DNA of 64,000 nt from a virus. Lineage: Duplodnaviria > Caudoviricetes. Below are positions 44,540 through 53,664 of the stretch, piece by piece; position 1 is the first letter of the stretch; each line of letters starts with the position of its first letter. The position numbers were made by a program, and so were the translations under genes. The stretch covers positions 1 through 64,000 of IMG/VR virus record IMGVR_UViG_3300048581_000044. One strand, given 5' to 3'. The notes beneath the pieces were generated by a model. That model was not told the DNA's origin. It did not search any database and saw only the letters and a program-made list of their open reading frames with translations.

Positions 44540-46273
44540 TTAATTGCCTCCCACGTTGTCGTTCATACCCGTCACTGTGATCGTCGGTCTCGGCCATGAC
44601 CCATTGTTTGCGTCGGGAGTCAAAAACGACGAAACACCACCCACGTTAGCATCGTAGATGCGGTAGTCAACGGTGTACACTCCACCCGTTTGGATGTTTA
44701 GCGGTAGAGGAAGCGGCACAGAGACACATTTTGTTTCGCCGGGATTAACGCCAGTGGCGAGTGGAAACTCATACACTCCTGGGGATACTGTCGAGCCTGC
44801 CGCTGAAAAAACAAAAGATGCCATTACTTTCGAGTTACTGTCAGCAACGAACGCAGCGCATGCCCGAACGCTAATCTCGCCCAAAGGCGGAGTTAGCCCT
44901 AGACTGGCGGGAGAATAGGCCGAGGCATTAGCTGGCACGCGAAAGGTAACCGCTCCATATGATGTCGCGGTCTTTGGTATCGTAAGCCCACTAACGAGAT
45001 CAGCGATCAGATTTTCGCGCGCAACGAGTGAATTGTTGTTCAGCAGGAATAGTGGAAACCCTCCGCTAATTATTACTGTTCCGGCAGCCACGCCTGCCCC
45101 TGTGATTGCCTGTCCCGATTGCAGTTGACCGTAAGCTACGTCTGATGTCGACGCATGCAAGTAGTTTCCCGAGTTAGTACACCCAGAAACGTCGCCTATG
45201 CACCCCACAAATTGAGCTGTTCCTGCTATTTTTTCGCGCACAATCCCAGGAACAGCCGCAGTCGTTTGCGCGCCGATTCCTATAGTTGCAGGGTCTGCCG
45301 AAGTCGCAGAACCACGCCGCACATAAGCCTGATCGCCACTTTCAGGCACGGCAATGTAAACTTCTTGGGCGGCCCATGTTGACGGATACGCTGCAAAATA
45401 GGTCTGCTGATCACAGCGATCCTTGGACCAGTAGGGGCGGTCCGGTAAAAGCAAACAGACGCGACCAGACTTTTGATCTAGTGTAAACGCTACTGAGAAT
45501 AATGTGTTTTCAGGGATCATGGTGTCGAGAATGCCAGATAAATTTGCATCCCCCAGCAAGGCACCCGTATTATCAATGTACTCTGCGATGTAAGACGTAT
45601 TTTGTGTAACAAGATGCACCGCCGCACACGGCAGTGAAGGAGGACCGGTCCATGTTCCGTAGTTCTGACACCATGCCACAAGATCAACCGATGTTGAGGC
45701 GCTAGTTCCTGCGGTAGGCTGCAACAAAAAATCACCACTTACGTAAGTGACTAGACCGGGCAACTGTTCGATGACGTGCAAAGCATGTTGATGTGTATCA
45801 GCGTAACGCTGGCAGCTAAGTAGCCCTAGGTATGACCCGACCGCACCAGAAAAAATAGGGCTGCATGTCCCCTTTGTACTTATCGTAAGGGCGTTGCCCG
45901 CGTAGCTAGTCGTTGGCAGCGCACCATCAACTGGAGTAGACCATCCATCTGCGGCCCCCGGAAACATGCCACCAATAAACAGCGCTGTATTATTCTTAAC
46001 CCACCGCCCCGTCGCCGGAGCGTCCGCGAACGCGAGCACGGTCACGCCGTCGATGGTTGCCGTGGAGTCGGCAATTGCGTCGTAGCAGCCTGCATAACCG
46101 GTCTCTATGATGCACACGTGCTTGTACGTGCCGGTGAGCGCGGTTGCCTTTGTCATCGTGGAAAGTGACGCGCGGGTTGGATACGCGCTATCGGAATACG
46201 ACGGGTACGCCGAATTTGCCAGCGCGGCGCCAGAGAGCATCACGATAGCGGCAAGGTAACGGAGGAATTTCAT
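44540..46273 (-). CDS. Large beta-rich fibre/adhesin-like protein with signal peptide and 12 Cys
   Basis: MKFLRYLAAIVMLSGAALA-N leader; six sequentially adjacent Cys pairs. Confidence 0.65.
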   Translation of the reverse strand: MKFLRYLAAIVMLSGAALANSAYPSYSDSAYPTRASLSTMTKATALTGTYKHVCIIETGYAGCYDAIADSTATIDGVTVLAFADAPATGRWVKNNTALFIGGMFPGAADGWSTPVDGALPTTSYAGNALTISTKGTCSPIFSGAVGSYLGLLSCQRYADTHQHALHVIEQLPGLVTYVSGDFLLQPTAGTSASTSVDLVAWCQNYGTWTGPPSLPCAAVHLVTQNTSYIAEYIDNTGALLGDANLSGILDTMIPENTLFSVAFTLDQKSGRVCLLLPDRPYWSKDRCDQQTYFAAYPSTWAAQEVYIAVPESGDQAYVRRGSATSADPATIGIGAQTTAAVPGIVREKIAGTAQFVGCIGDVSGCTNSGNYLHASTSDVAYGQLQSGQAITGAGVAAGTVIISGGFPLFLLNNNSLVARENLIADLVSGLTIPKTATSYGAVTFRVPANASAYSPASLGLTPPLGEISVRACAAFVADSNSKVMASFVFSAAGSTVSPGVYEFPLATGVNPGETKCVSVPLPLPLNIQTGGVYTVDYRIYDANVGGVSSFLTPDANNGSWPRPTITVTGMNDNVGGN

Positions 46274-46373
46274 TGAAGCACCTCGTAAACATTCTGTGGA
46301 AGTAACCCGCGGTCCAATTCGCGCTGGACGCGGGCGACGATTTCAGCCTTTGTGCTCTTGCCGTCGTGGGCCA

Positions 46374-47000
46374 TCATGGAACACCCAAAACCCTGTCGAT
46401 TGTTCCGTCCATCTCAATGTCAAGAAATCCAGCACCACCAGCATCGTTCTGGTTGATAACATAAGCGACAACGGTTGTTCCATCTGATGTGATGATGCAA
46501 TAATTTGTGTCAGCGCTTATTTTTTCGATCCGTACACGCAAGACTGCGGCCGAAGACCCGAGTGCTGGCGGCGCGGTGAATGTGACGTTTCCTGCCGTGC
46601 TATCACATCTGACAATGCCATCGCTCGACTGGATTGTTTTGTTTCCAATAGAGTACGTAACTACCCTAATAGCTAGTTTAAGCGCTTTTCGTACCCAGCA
46701 ACTCGTCGTCGCCACGCCTGTAGCAGCAATATAAGGGTCTCCAGCGGTTACACCGGGCGCAGCGGCAGTGCCAGGGCAAGCAACGTTATATGGTGCATAA
46801 GATGCGCTCAAACTTGCGCTATACCAATCGTATCGAACACCGGCTACTTCGGCGCTAAGCGTTAACGAACTCGCCGCACCGAGATCAGCCATATCTTGCA
46901 AGGTGCCGATTTTTACAATTGCGCCCTGGGTTCCAGCTAGGGATGGAATCGCCCACGCAACAAAGGCAAAGGCAGCTAGCGTGAAAGCTTTTATGTTCAT
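46374..47000 (-). CDS. Fibre-module protein with signal peptide
   Basis: MNIKAFTLAAFAFVAWAIPSLA-G leader; C-terminal DSTAGNVTFTAP...RIEKISADTN tail-fibre module; 4 Cys. Confidence 0.65.
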   Translation of the reverse strand: MNIKAFTLAAFAFVAWAIPSLAGTQGAIVKIGTLQDMADLGAASSLTLSAEVAGVRYDWYSASLSASYAPYNVACPGTAAAPGVTAGDPYIAATGVATTSCWVRKALKLAIRVVTYSIGNKTIQSSDGIVRCDSTAGNVTFTAPPALGSSAAVLRVRIEKISADTNYCIITSDGTTVVAYVINQNDAGGAGFLDIEMDGTIDRVLGVP

Positions 47001-47025
47001 AACGTCCTCGACTTAGGAGCAGCTA

Positions 47026-47451
47026 TCATCCGAACTTGAAGTGGATGCGGATATAATCGACGATTACGCTGACAACGTACAAGAATCCGGTCCCGAGCAG
47101 ACCAACCACAGCCCATCCTGCGCCCTTCGCCATAGAGATATCACCGCTCAAGATATCAACCGTGGCCTTGATTGCGTCGATCTTCACGTCTTGCTCGCCA
47201 AGATGCATCTGACGGTCCTTTGTCTGGTCATCGAACCGCTTATCGTTCGCGGCGCGCTCGGCTTCGAACAGGTCCAGGATTCTCTGAAAATCCACCCGGT
47301 TGTGTTCCGAGTGATCTTTGCGGATGGTCTTTTCTTCGTCAATCTCGCGGCGGAACCCTTGCATCTCGGCAAGGATCGCGCCATTACCCGATAGAACCTC
47401 ACGCAGGCTGCTTTCGATGCGACGAAGATTTGAGTTTTCGGATTCGGTCAT
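47026..47451 (-). CDS. Coiled-coil protein with C-terminal TM (XhlA/holin-like)
   Basis: ATG 47451 in ATGA overlap; C-terminal hydrophobic helix. Confidence 0.55.
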   Translation of the reverse strand: MTESENSNLRRIESSLREVLSGNGAILAEMQGFRREIDEEKTIRKDHSEHNRVDFQRILDLFEAERAANDKRFDDQTKDRQMHLGEQDVKIDAIKATVDILSGDISMAKGAGWAVVGLLGTGFLYVVSVIVDYIRIHFKFG

Positions 47452-47753
47452 TTCGCCACTGCGGTAGGTTTGACATCGCGACACTTGGCGACGACGGTTT
47501 CGAGAAGGTCAAGCCGCTTAGCGCGCAACCGCGCCCCGGAGTCCAATAGCTTTTCGAAGTCTGCCAGTTCGGCCGCGGATTTGAGCGCGTCCAGCGTATC
47601 GGGATAGGTTGGTGCCGCGGTGACAGTATCTGGGACACATGACACTGGCGTTGGAACGTCGGCTGTTACGGTGTTAACAACAGGCTCGGATGGCTTGTCG
47701 GCACACGCGGAAAGCAAGAGGGCAAGTGTAGCCATGGCGATACATCGGTTCAT
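47448..47753 (-). CDS. Outer-membrane spanin (Rz1-like lipoprotein)
   Basis: Lipobox LLSA-C; Pro-rich TPVSCVP. Confidence 0.75.
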   Translation of the reverse strand: MNRCIAMATLALLLSACADKPSEPVVNTVTADVPTPVSCVPDTVTAAPTYPDTLDALKSAAELADFEKLLDSGARLRAKRLDLLETVVAKCRDVKPTAVAK

Positions 47754-48190
47754 CGGCTTCGATCCTCTATGATCTGTGCTCGCGCGGATATGGCCCGCTC
47801 ACATTCATTCGCTCCAGCTGGTTTGGCTGCTGCTAGAACCGCTAAGCGTGTCAGTAACGCCTCTCTTTCGGTTTGGTTCTTGGCTATAACATCGGCTAGA
47901 GCTGCCCGCAGCACGTCGCCCTGCTTCCCAAGGGCGAGAATTTTGGTATTTTGCTTTGCCACAGCAGTTTCGAGGCCGTCAACGTTCCCGTGGCACTGTC
48001 CGAGACTATCCCGTGCCGTCTTGAGCTGCGCTTTCAGCCCCGGCGCTCCCCACCAAAGAATCTGATAGCCGTTAATCTCGAACGCTTGGTAGAGCGCAAC
48101 GGGCGTGAAAATAACACCGCACAAGGCTGCGACGGCCACAACAGCAACCGCGATTTTGTTTGCTGCCCACGAGGCTATGGTTGCCCACAT
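47750..48190 (-). CDS. Inner-membrane spanin (Rz-like)
   Basis: N-terminal TM, coiled coil, C-terminal Cys. Confidence 0.7.
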   Translation of the reverse strand: MWATIASWAANKIAVAVVAVAALCGVIFTPVALYQAFEINGYQILWWGAPGLKAQLKTARDSLGQCHGNVDGLETAVAKQNTKILALGKQGDVLRAALADVIAKNQTEREALLTRLAVLAAAKPAGANECERAISARAQIIEDRSR

Positions 48191-48486
48191 TACGTCGGTC
48201 CTCCTGCCTTTACTGCCGTGTGTTTATCCCACGATCCAAAGGCCGCTGTTCCAGCAAACACGCTTGAGATTAGCCCTACAGCCCATACGGCTGAATCTGG
48301 AGAGTTAATGTACTGCGCGATGCGTACCAGCACATATGCCAAAGCAAGCCCAATCATCAACAAGCCGATAGGGCGGGCTAACACCGAGATCGCAAGCACA
48401 GTCTCCCGCAACCATTTCGTCTCAATCTGAGACGCGCTGGCATTGATTTGGAGAAACGAATTAAGGGCTTGGCCGGGATCACTCAT
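48190..48486 (-). CDS. Holin-like two-TM protein
   Basis: Two TM helices within the lysis cassette. Confidence 0.6.
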   Translation of the reverse strand: MSDPGQALNSFLQINASASQIETKWLRETVLAISVLARPIGLLMIGLALAYVLVRIAQYINSPDSAVWAVGLISSVFAGTAAFGSWDKHTAVKAGGPT

Positions 48487-48501
48487 CTCATTACCTTAGC
48501 T

Positions 48502-48765
48502 TTAAGCCGTCCAACGACCAAGCATGAAGCTACCAACAATAACCCCAAACGCGATGACAATCGCCCACGTCGGATGTTCAGAAACCCACGTCGCCTCTTT
48601 GGTCTCAAGATCAACAAGACGAAGCTGCACTGCGGTAGAGGCGCTTGCAATTTTACTAAGGACCACATTCTTCCGCATAACCAGCGCCTTCCAGTCTGCG
48701 TTCAGCTCATGGATTTCCGCATTGAGCATGGCAGCCGCAACGCCGATGTCTTGCTGAATAGTCAT
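48502..48765 (-). CDS. Small membrane-anchored protein in the lysis cassette
   Basis: Coiled coil plus C-terminal TM. Confidence 0.55.
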   Translation of the reverse strand: MTIQQDIGVAAAMLNAEIHELNADWKALVMRKNVVLSKIASASTAVQLRLVDLETKEATWVSEHPTWAIVIAFGVIVGSFMLGRWTA

Positions 48766-48778
48766 GTCGATTTCTCCT

Positions 48779-49207
48779 TCAGGACTTTAAAGCTGCGGCA
48801 ACACCAGCCGCAAGATCAGAATCTTCAAAAAACCACCCGCCACATTCGTGCGTGGCGATGGCTTTAGCAAGCGCTTCAAGCACTGGCGCATCGTCTAGCT
48901 TAAGCGGCCAGTCTGGCGCGCGATGACAAGCATCAGACACGGCCTTGATATAAGCGTCTGTGTTGTTCTCGCTTGGAGGTGCCCACCGGCCGATGATCTG
49001 GCGTATCGTGTTAAGCCCATGAAGCCGATGATAGTTACACAGCACGGTTGCAAGCGCGCGGAAGCCCCACATTGGCGACTTGAACACAGCGAAGCGTTGT
49101 TCGTCCAACTGTTCCGGCGACATTTCGTGCGGATCGGCAAGTCCCTGCCATTGAACGCCGCGTTCGAGATTTCCAGGATTAGAATTTCGCAAAGCCCTAA
49201 CCGTCAT
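48779..49207 (-). CDS. Endolysin, lysozyme-like (P5/virion muramidase type)
   Basis: RNSNPGNL, FAVF...GFRA, TIRQIIGRWAPPSENNTDAY. Confidence 0.82.
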   Translation of the reverse strand: MTVRALRNSNPGNLERGVQWQGLADPHEMSPEQLDEQRFAVFKSPMWGFRALATVLCNYHRLHGLNTIRQIIGRWAPPSENNTDAYIKAVSDACHRAPDWPLKLDDAPVLEALAKAIATHECGGWFFEDSDLAAGVAAALKS

Positions 49208-49815
49208 GACGCGCTCCTCAAGCTAATAACACTCGTGCCATTCACGCGGATCGCCAGCGTCGGGACCTGTCCTCCATTTACCGGAGCGCTAATCGCATCG
49301 ATTAGATTCACCTGCGTCGTATTCGACGACGACACACAATCGTAAACCGCTATCGTGTTTCCCGTTGCGTCATTTACAACATCACGCATCGGCCAGCACA
49401 CAAAAGGAACCAAAGAGCTGCCTAGCGTTCTCGGAACAGTAATCGAACCCGCTCCGCTAGTCGCGTTGATCACAAGCACATAGCCGTAATCAGCAGCTAC
49501 AACCACATGACCAAGTGCTACAGCTTTTTCAGGAGGCGCCGATACGGGAATAAAAACACCGTTCGTCTCATTAAAAGTCCCGACTAAAATCCAAGCTGTA
49601 TCGGCTTGGTTTCTGCATTTAAGCGTATTCGTGCTTAAATCGTGCCAATAAATCCCTGCTACGGAGGCCAGCCCTGTCGAAGCAGCTGTCGGTGCAGAAG
49701 TCCCAGCTTGAAAGGTCGAGGTAGCTTGAAAGGCAGTATTTAGGTTAGCCGCTAAAGTCGTCCCTGGGTAGGGAGGCGGAGAAGACGTTGGAAACTGCAC
49801 CTTGCCTTGACTCAT
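49204..49815 (-). CDS. Tail fibre-associated protein
   Basis: FQAGTSAP...WHDLSTNTLKCRN...WI; fibre module at the C-terminus. Confidence 0.65.
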   Translation of the reverse strand: MSQGKVQFPTSSPPPYPGTTLAANLNTAFQATSTFQAGTSAPTAASTGLASVAGIYWHDLSTNTLKCRNQADTAWILVGTFNETNGVFIPVSAPPEKAVALGHVVVAADYGYVLVINATSGAGSITVPRTLGSSLVPFVCWPMRDVVNDATGNTIAVYDCVSSSNTTQVNLIDAISAPVNGGQVPTLAIRVNGTSVISLRSAS

Positions 49816-49883
49816 GTCTTAGGCTTTCACTGTTTAAGACTGAGAACTTATAAAATCACGCAAACGCTAATTCATCAGCTCTA

Positions 49884-51725
49884 TTAAAAACCAAAGAAGG
49901 TCATTATTGCCAGCCCCGGCATTAGCCCTGTGTTAGCAAGCGATGCAAATCTGAACGTCGCAACACTTCCAGGCCCAACCAAGTTTAGCGGCGGACAGCC
50001 TACACAATTCTGTGAACCATCTTGGTTGGTACAGCTCACTGTAGCGATACCTGTCCAGGAAGTTCCAGCAGGAGACGGGCTGCTTAGCGTCACATCGATG
50101 CCATTGCCACCATTCTGTGCAATGCCTGAAACCCCAAAGGACTTAACTAATGTAATCGATCCGCCGCTGTATTGACAAATAGCAAACGCCTTTGCCGAAC
50201 ACTGATAAGCGAACACTGATTCAGGCACACCTTGCAAGATAAAAGCCGTGCCGTTGTAAATAACAGTAAAGATACTATCTGGCGGAAGCTCTGCAATAAA
50301 TAACGGAGAGCCGTTGCCATGCGTAACAGCTGTAGCCGCGAGGCTGCCAACTTTTAAAGTAACAGCCCCGGAATTGCCGAAACTAGCATTCTTCTGTACA
50401 CGGATCGGTACGCCAAGCAGCGCTGCTAGTGACGCTGGTGTGGGCGAGAGCGTTATTGCCAGAGCGTTAGACGTGCCAGTGTCAACAGCATAGTTTCCAG
50501 ACTGTTTTTGCACGTATGAGAGACTAGCTAGGCCAGAAACTGCGTTGTTTACATACGTCGTAGAGGCCAAGCCTGAAACGGCATTGTTTACATAGATTGT
50601 AGAAGCCAGACCAGAAACAGCCGCGCTTATCTGACTGTTGACGTAGCTTACAGAGGCCAGACCGCTAACAGCTGCGCTGATTTGGCTATTGACGTAGGAT
50701 ATTGAAGCCAGTCCAGAGACAGCTGCGGAAATCTGACTATTGACATACGTTGTAGAGGCCAAGCCTGAAACAGCAGCAGAAATTTGGCTATTCACGTAGC
50801 TCGTTGAAGCCAAGCCGCTGATTGCAGAAGCAACATCTTGCGTGATTCCAAATTGTGAGCTTCCAACAACGCGCCATATACCGTTAGAGGCAAGGAGCAA
50901 AACCGTTGTGCCTTGTGGAATCGTGAAAGACCCAACGCCTGTACTTGGGGAGGCGACTGTCCCAAAGATAACATCAGCGCCATTGGCCTGTGTTGTAACA
51001 ACACCCGATGTCGCAGAAGCCAGTGCAAACAGCGATCCGTTTACGAGCGCGACAACTGGAAGATTGAATGTCGTGGCGCTTGTTGCTTGTAAAAGCGTTC
51101 CAGCGTTTCCGCTAGCAAGCGTCAGCGTTCCTGAAACGTTGAACGGTTGGAGCGTGTTATTAGCCGATAGCACTGTTTGATAAGCCGTATTCGGCGCAGG
51201 AAGCGTCGAGGCCCCAGCAGCTAACGCAAACCGACAAAGCTCAAACGTTGTTTGATTGTCTGGCGCCGTTGTCGAAGCGCCAAGAGTTATCGAGTTCACC
51301 AAAGACGCATAGGCCGTGTACGGAACAAAGCTAGGATTATAATCAGGATGCCCTTGCGGCGGCCCAATCACCTGGAAAGGGTCTTGTTGGATCGCCGTCA
51401 GCTGCGCGATCAGATAAGCTGTCACGCTCCCTGAACCCGGTACGACGCTCGTGAAATCAGTCGTATAGGTCTGGGTATCAGCGTTGGATTGCGTGCCGTG
51501 TGCGCGTGCAAGCTGCCCATTGCTGAACAGCACGCCAAAGGGCGCAGGCAAAACCGACGTGAGAACCAAGCCTGTGCTCGTATAGGAAGCGCTCTGTACT
51601 GCCACCAAGCCGCTCAGGAGCGCACTCTTTGCCAACTCCGCCGTATCAGCCTCCAACATTGCACAGGCAACGTTAAAAGCCCCGGCGTTGACATATTGCT
51701 CCGGTGCGAAGTTTGGCGTCTTCAC
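49884..51725 (-). CDS. Baseplate-anchored tail fibre protein
   Basis: Follows the baseplate wedge genes; coiled-coil repeats; YAVDTGTSNAL module. Confidence 0.8.
   Translation of the reverse strand: MKTPNFAPEQYVNAGAFNVACAMLEADTAELAKSALLSGLVAVQSASYTSTGLVLTSVLPAPFGVLFSNGQLARAHGTQSNADTQTYTTDFTSVVPGSGSVTAYLIAQLTAIQQDPFQVIGPPQGHPDYNPSFVPYTAYASLVNSITLGASTTAPDNQTTFELCRFALAAGASTLPAPNTAYQTVLSANNTLQPFNVSGTLTLASGNAGTLLQATSATTFNLPVVALVNGSLFALASATSGVVTTQANGADVIFGTVASPSTGVGSFTIPQGTTVLLLASNGIWRVVGSSQFGITQDVASAISGLASTSYVNSQISAAVSGLASTTYVNSQISAAVSGLASISYVNSQISAAVSGLASVSYVNSQISAAVSGLASTIYVNNAVSGLASTTYVNNAVSGLASLSYVQKQSGNYAVDTGTSNALAITLSPTPASLAALLGVPIRVQKNASFGNSGAVTLKVGSLAATAVTHGNGSPLFIAELPPDSIFTVIYNGTAFILQGVPESVFAYQCSAKAFAICQYSGGSITLVKSFGVSGIAQNGGNGIDVTLSSPSPAGTSWTGIATVSCTNQDGSQNCVGCPPLNLVGPGSVATFRFASLANTGLMPGLAIMTFFGF
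50520..50822 (-). repeat. Tail fibre peptide repeats SGLASxxYVN(SQISAAV/NAV)
   Basis: Four 17-aa units and two 13-aa units, with divergent synonymous codons. Confidence 0.85.
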
Positions 51726-51815
51726 TAAATCAGCCTCAAAAACGATAACGTCTAGTTATGGCGGCTGATTATGCCATAATGTCCGACCGGGGGAGGATAG
51801 CAGGAAAGACCGAAT

Positions 51816-52472
51816 CTAGGCGGAAAGTGAGGGATTTAGCGTCGGATCAGTGAGGAAAAGGTCAGGCAGGCTTGGTGACGTGCTGTTGGTTGCGGCTGGG
51901 AGGCTGGTCAAGGATTCAGACTCTCCTGAAGTCAAATAAGCACCTGTCACACTTGGAGAAGCGTCAAAGAAATTGATCGTGTTTAGATACAAACCGCTTC
52001 CAGCTTTGTAAACAGCTGTGATTGGAACACCGGCAGGGCGTACACGCGCGAGACTTACCAAGAGCGCTAGAATTTGTGCGTCAGTTAAGGCGGTTATAAA
52101 GGTAAGGGAATAACCAACAGCGGGTAAGGATTCCTGTACCGTTACATCAACCTGCCAGACAGCTTTGACCCAAGCCGCAATGCCTACTGGCGTACCGCCG
52201 CCAGCTAAAACAATGTAAGCAATTCGTGTTAGATAAGCTCCATCGCTTTCGTTATTAAACCGTGGAACATTGAACAAAAGCCCCCAGATGTCCAGCCAAC
52301 CAAATCGAGCGTTCTGGAAAGCAGCGACTTGCTGGCTGATCTGATCGCTAGCACCTGTGTAACGCACCAATCCAGCCGTATTCGCGTCCAGCCACTGCGT
52401 GAAAGGAATTTGCGGGCGCAAAAACGTCTTAGGAAGGGCCGTTAGAACAGCTTGTACTTGCGCAAAGTTCAT
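51816..52472 (-). CDS. Baseplate wedge protein (gpI/gp48-like)
   Basis: WLDIWG...ESDGAYLTRI...RPAGVP; position after gpJ. Confidence 0.7.
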   Translation of the reverse strand: MNFAQVQAVLTALPKTFLRPQIPFTQWLDANTAGLVRYTGASDQISQQVAAFQNARFGWLDIWGLLFNVPRFNNESDGAYLTRIAYIVLAGGGTPVGIAAWVKAVWQVDVTVQESLPAVGYSLTFITALTDAQILALLVSLARVRPAGVPITAVYKAGSGLYLNTINFFDASPSVTGAYLTSGESESLTSLPAATNSTSPSLPDLFLTDPTLNPSLSA

Positions 52473-53653
52473 TGACTCAAGTCCATTGCTAGATTGGCAA
52501 GCAGGACGCGCCCAGATGGAGGAGGTGTTATGATAGCTAGAGGGCTGCCGCTTATGGAATTGGAAAGTGTGATCGCTAGGGAACTAAACTGTAAAGAGGC
52601 CGTGTTTGAGACAGCTGCGGCTATTTGCGCCTGTTCAGCTTTTGTACCGAAAGGAAGCGTGAAATAAGCATTCACGGCGCTGACTAACGCGCCGCTCACG
52701 AGCGCGACGTTGGCGCTAGAGACGAGTGTGCCAGAGACGCTCACGTAGGCCCAGGTTGGGGTTACGGCGTAAATGCCATAAGGCACCCCAGCGTCACGGT
52801 AACCGATAGCGCCTGATGCGTTGCTGGCACCTGAGACAGTGCCCCCAGTCAATTTGGCGCCCACAGCTGCGATCAACCCTGACGACGCAGTGCCATTGCC
52901 GTTGTCGATAAAGAGCTGCCAGCCTGCTTGTCCTGAACCTGCACCGCTTCCAGCTTCCAGCCAGGGTTCGAAACAGGTGGCGTAGGCAACCGTCTCGCTT
53001 CCATAGCTCACGCCTTGTGCAGCGTTAGCTATTGCAACTGGCGAACTCAGCCCAATCGAGGCTACAACAGCGGAGAACTCTGCCAAGGACGCCGATAAAC
53101 TTGGCGCATTAGCGCCACCAGTCGCAGCCGTAGGATTGGTAACAAAAAGCGGATAAGTCAAGCCTGAGACAATCGCTGTGATCGAATTGGCTGGAACATT
53201 TCCCGCTGCTCCAGCGATCACTGCGCTAACCGGTACGGAGATGCTGTTAGTCCCGGCTGAAAGCGTTACGGCCGTTGTCGTCTTAAACTGCACGCCGCCG
53301 TTCGTCTGAACAAACGTCCCGGCTGGAATCGTAACATTTTGAGAAGCTGGTGGCGGGGTTCCCGACGAAGCGGTTGAGAAATCAACAATCGTTGTGGCAG
53401 CTGTAGGCTGCCCAGCAAAAATCCCAAACAGCGACAACGCACTAAACACAAGCGCCTGATAAGCCAAAGCCTGTGTTTGAATCCCTTGTTGCTCAATCAC
53501 GGCCCCTTGGCTTTCAGCCATTGTTCGAATTTGAGAGCCTGGATTGTAATCCGTAAGCACCCCAGACAAAGCTGCCATTAAAGACAGCTCTTGGCTTGCG
53601 ATCTCTGCCGTAGTCGGCGGTGCCGCGATTGTGATTGTTGGTGAATCGGCCAT
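52469..53653 (-). CDS. Baseplate J/gp47-like protein
   Basis: TDYNPGSQIRT, IPAGTFV, AGAAGNVPANSIT, NPTAATGG. Confidence 0.88.
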   Translation of the reverse strand: MADSPTITIAAPPTTAEIASQELSLMAALSGVLTDYNPGSQIRTMAESQGAVIEQQGIQTQALAYQALVFSALSLFGIFAGQPTAATTIVDFSTASSGTPPPASQNVTIPAGTFVQTNGGVQFKTTTAVTLSAGTNSISVPVSAVIAGAAGNVPANSITAIVSGLTYPLFVTNPTAATGGANAPSLSASLAEFSAVVASIGLSSPVAIANAAQGVSYGSETVAYATCFEPWLEAGSGAGSGQAGWQLFIDNGNGTASSGLIAAVGAKLTGGTVSGASNASGAIGYRDAGVPYGIYAVTPTWAYVSVSGTLVSSANVALVSGALVSAVNAYFTLPFGTKAEQAQIAAAVSNTASLQFSSLAITLSNSISGSPLAIITPPPSGRVLLANLAMDLSQ

Positions 53654-53664
53654 AGGCTTTTACC

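Noticed and set aside
43252-51725. Mu-like Gin/Cin tail-fibre inversion driven by the serine recombinase
   Set aside because: All fibre genes are co-oriented, no flanking inverted repeats were noticed, and the recombinase is more than 20 kb away.
43800-51725. Diversity-generating retroelement acting on fibre genes
   Set aside because: No reverse transcriptase and no template/variable repeat pair differing at adenines was seen.
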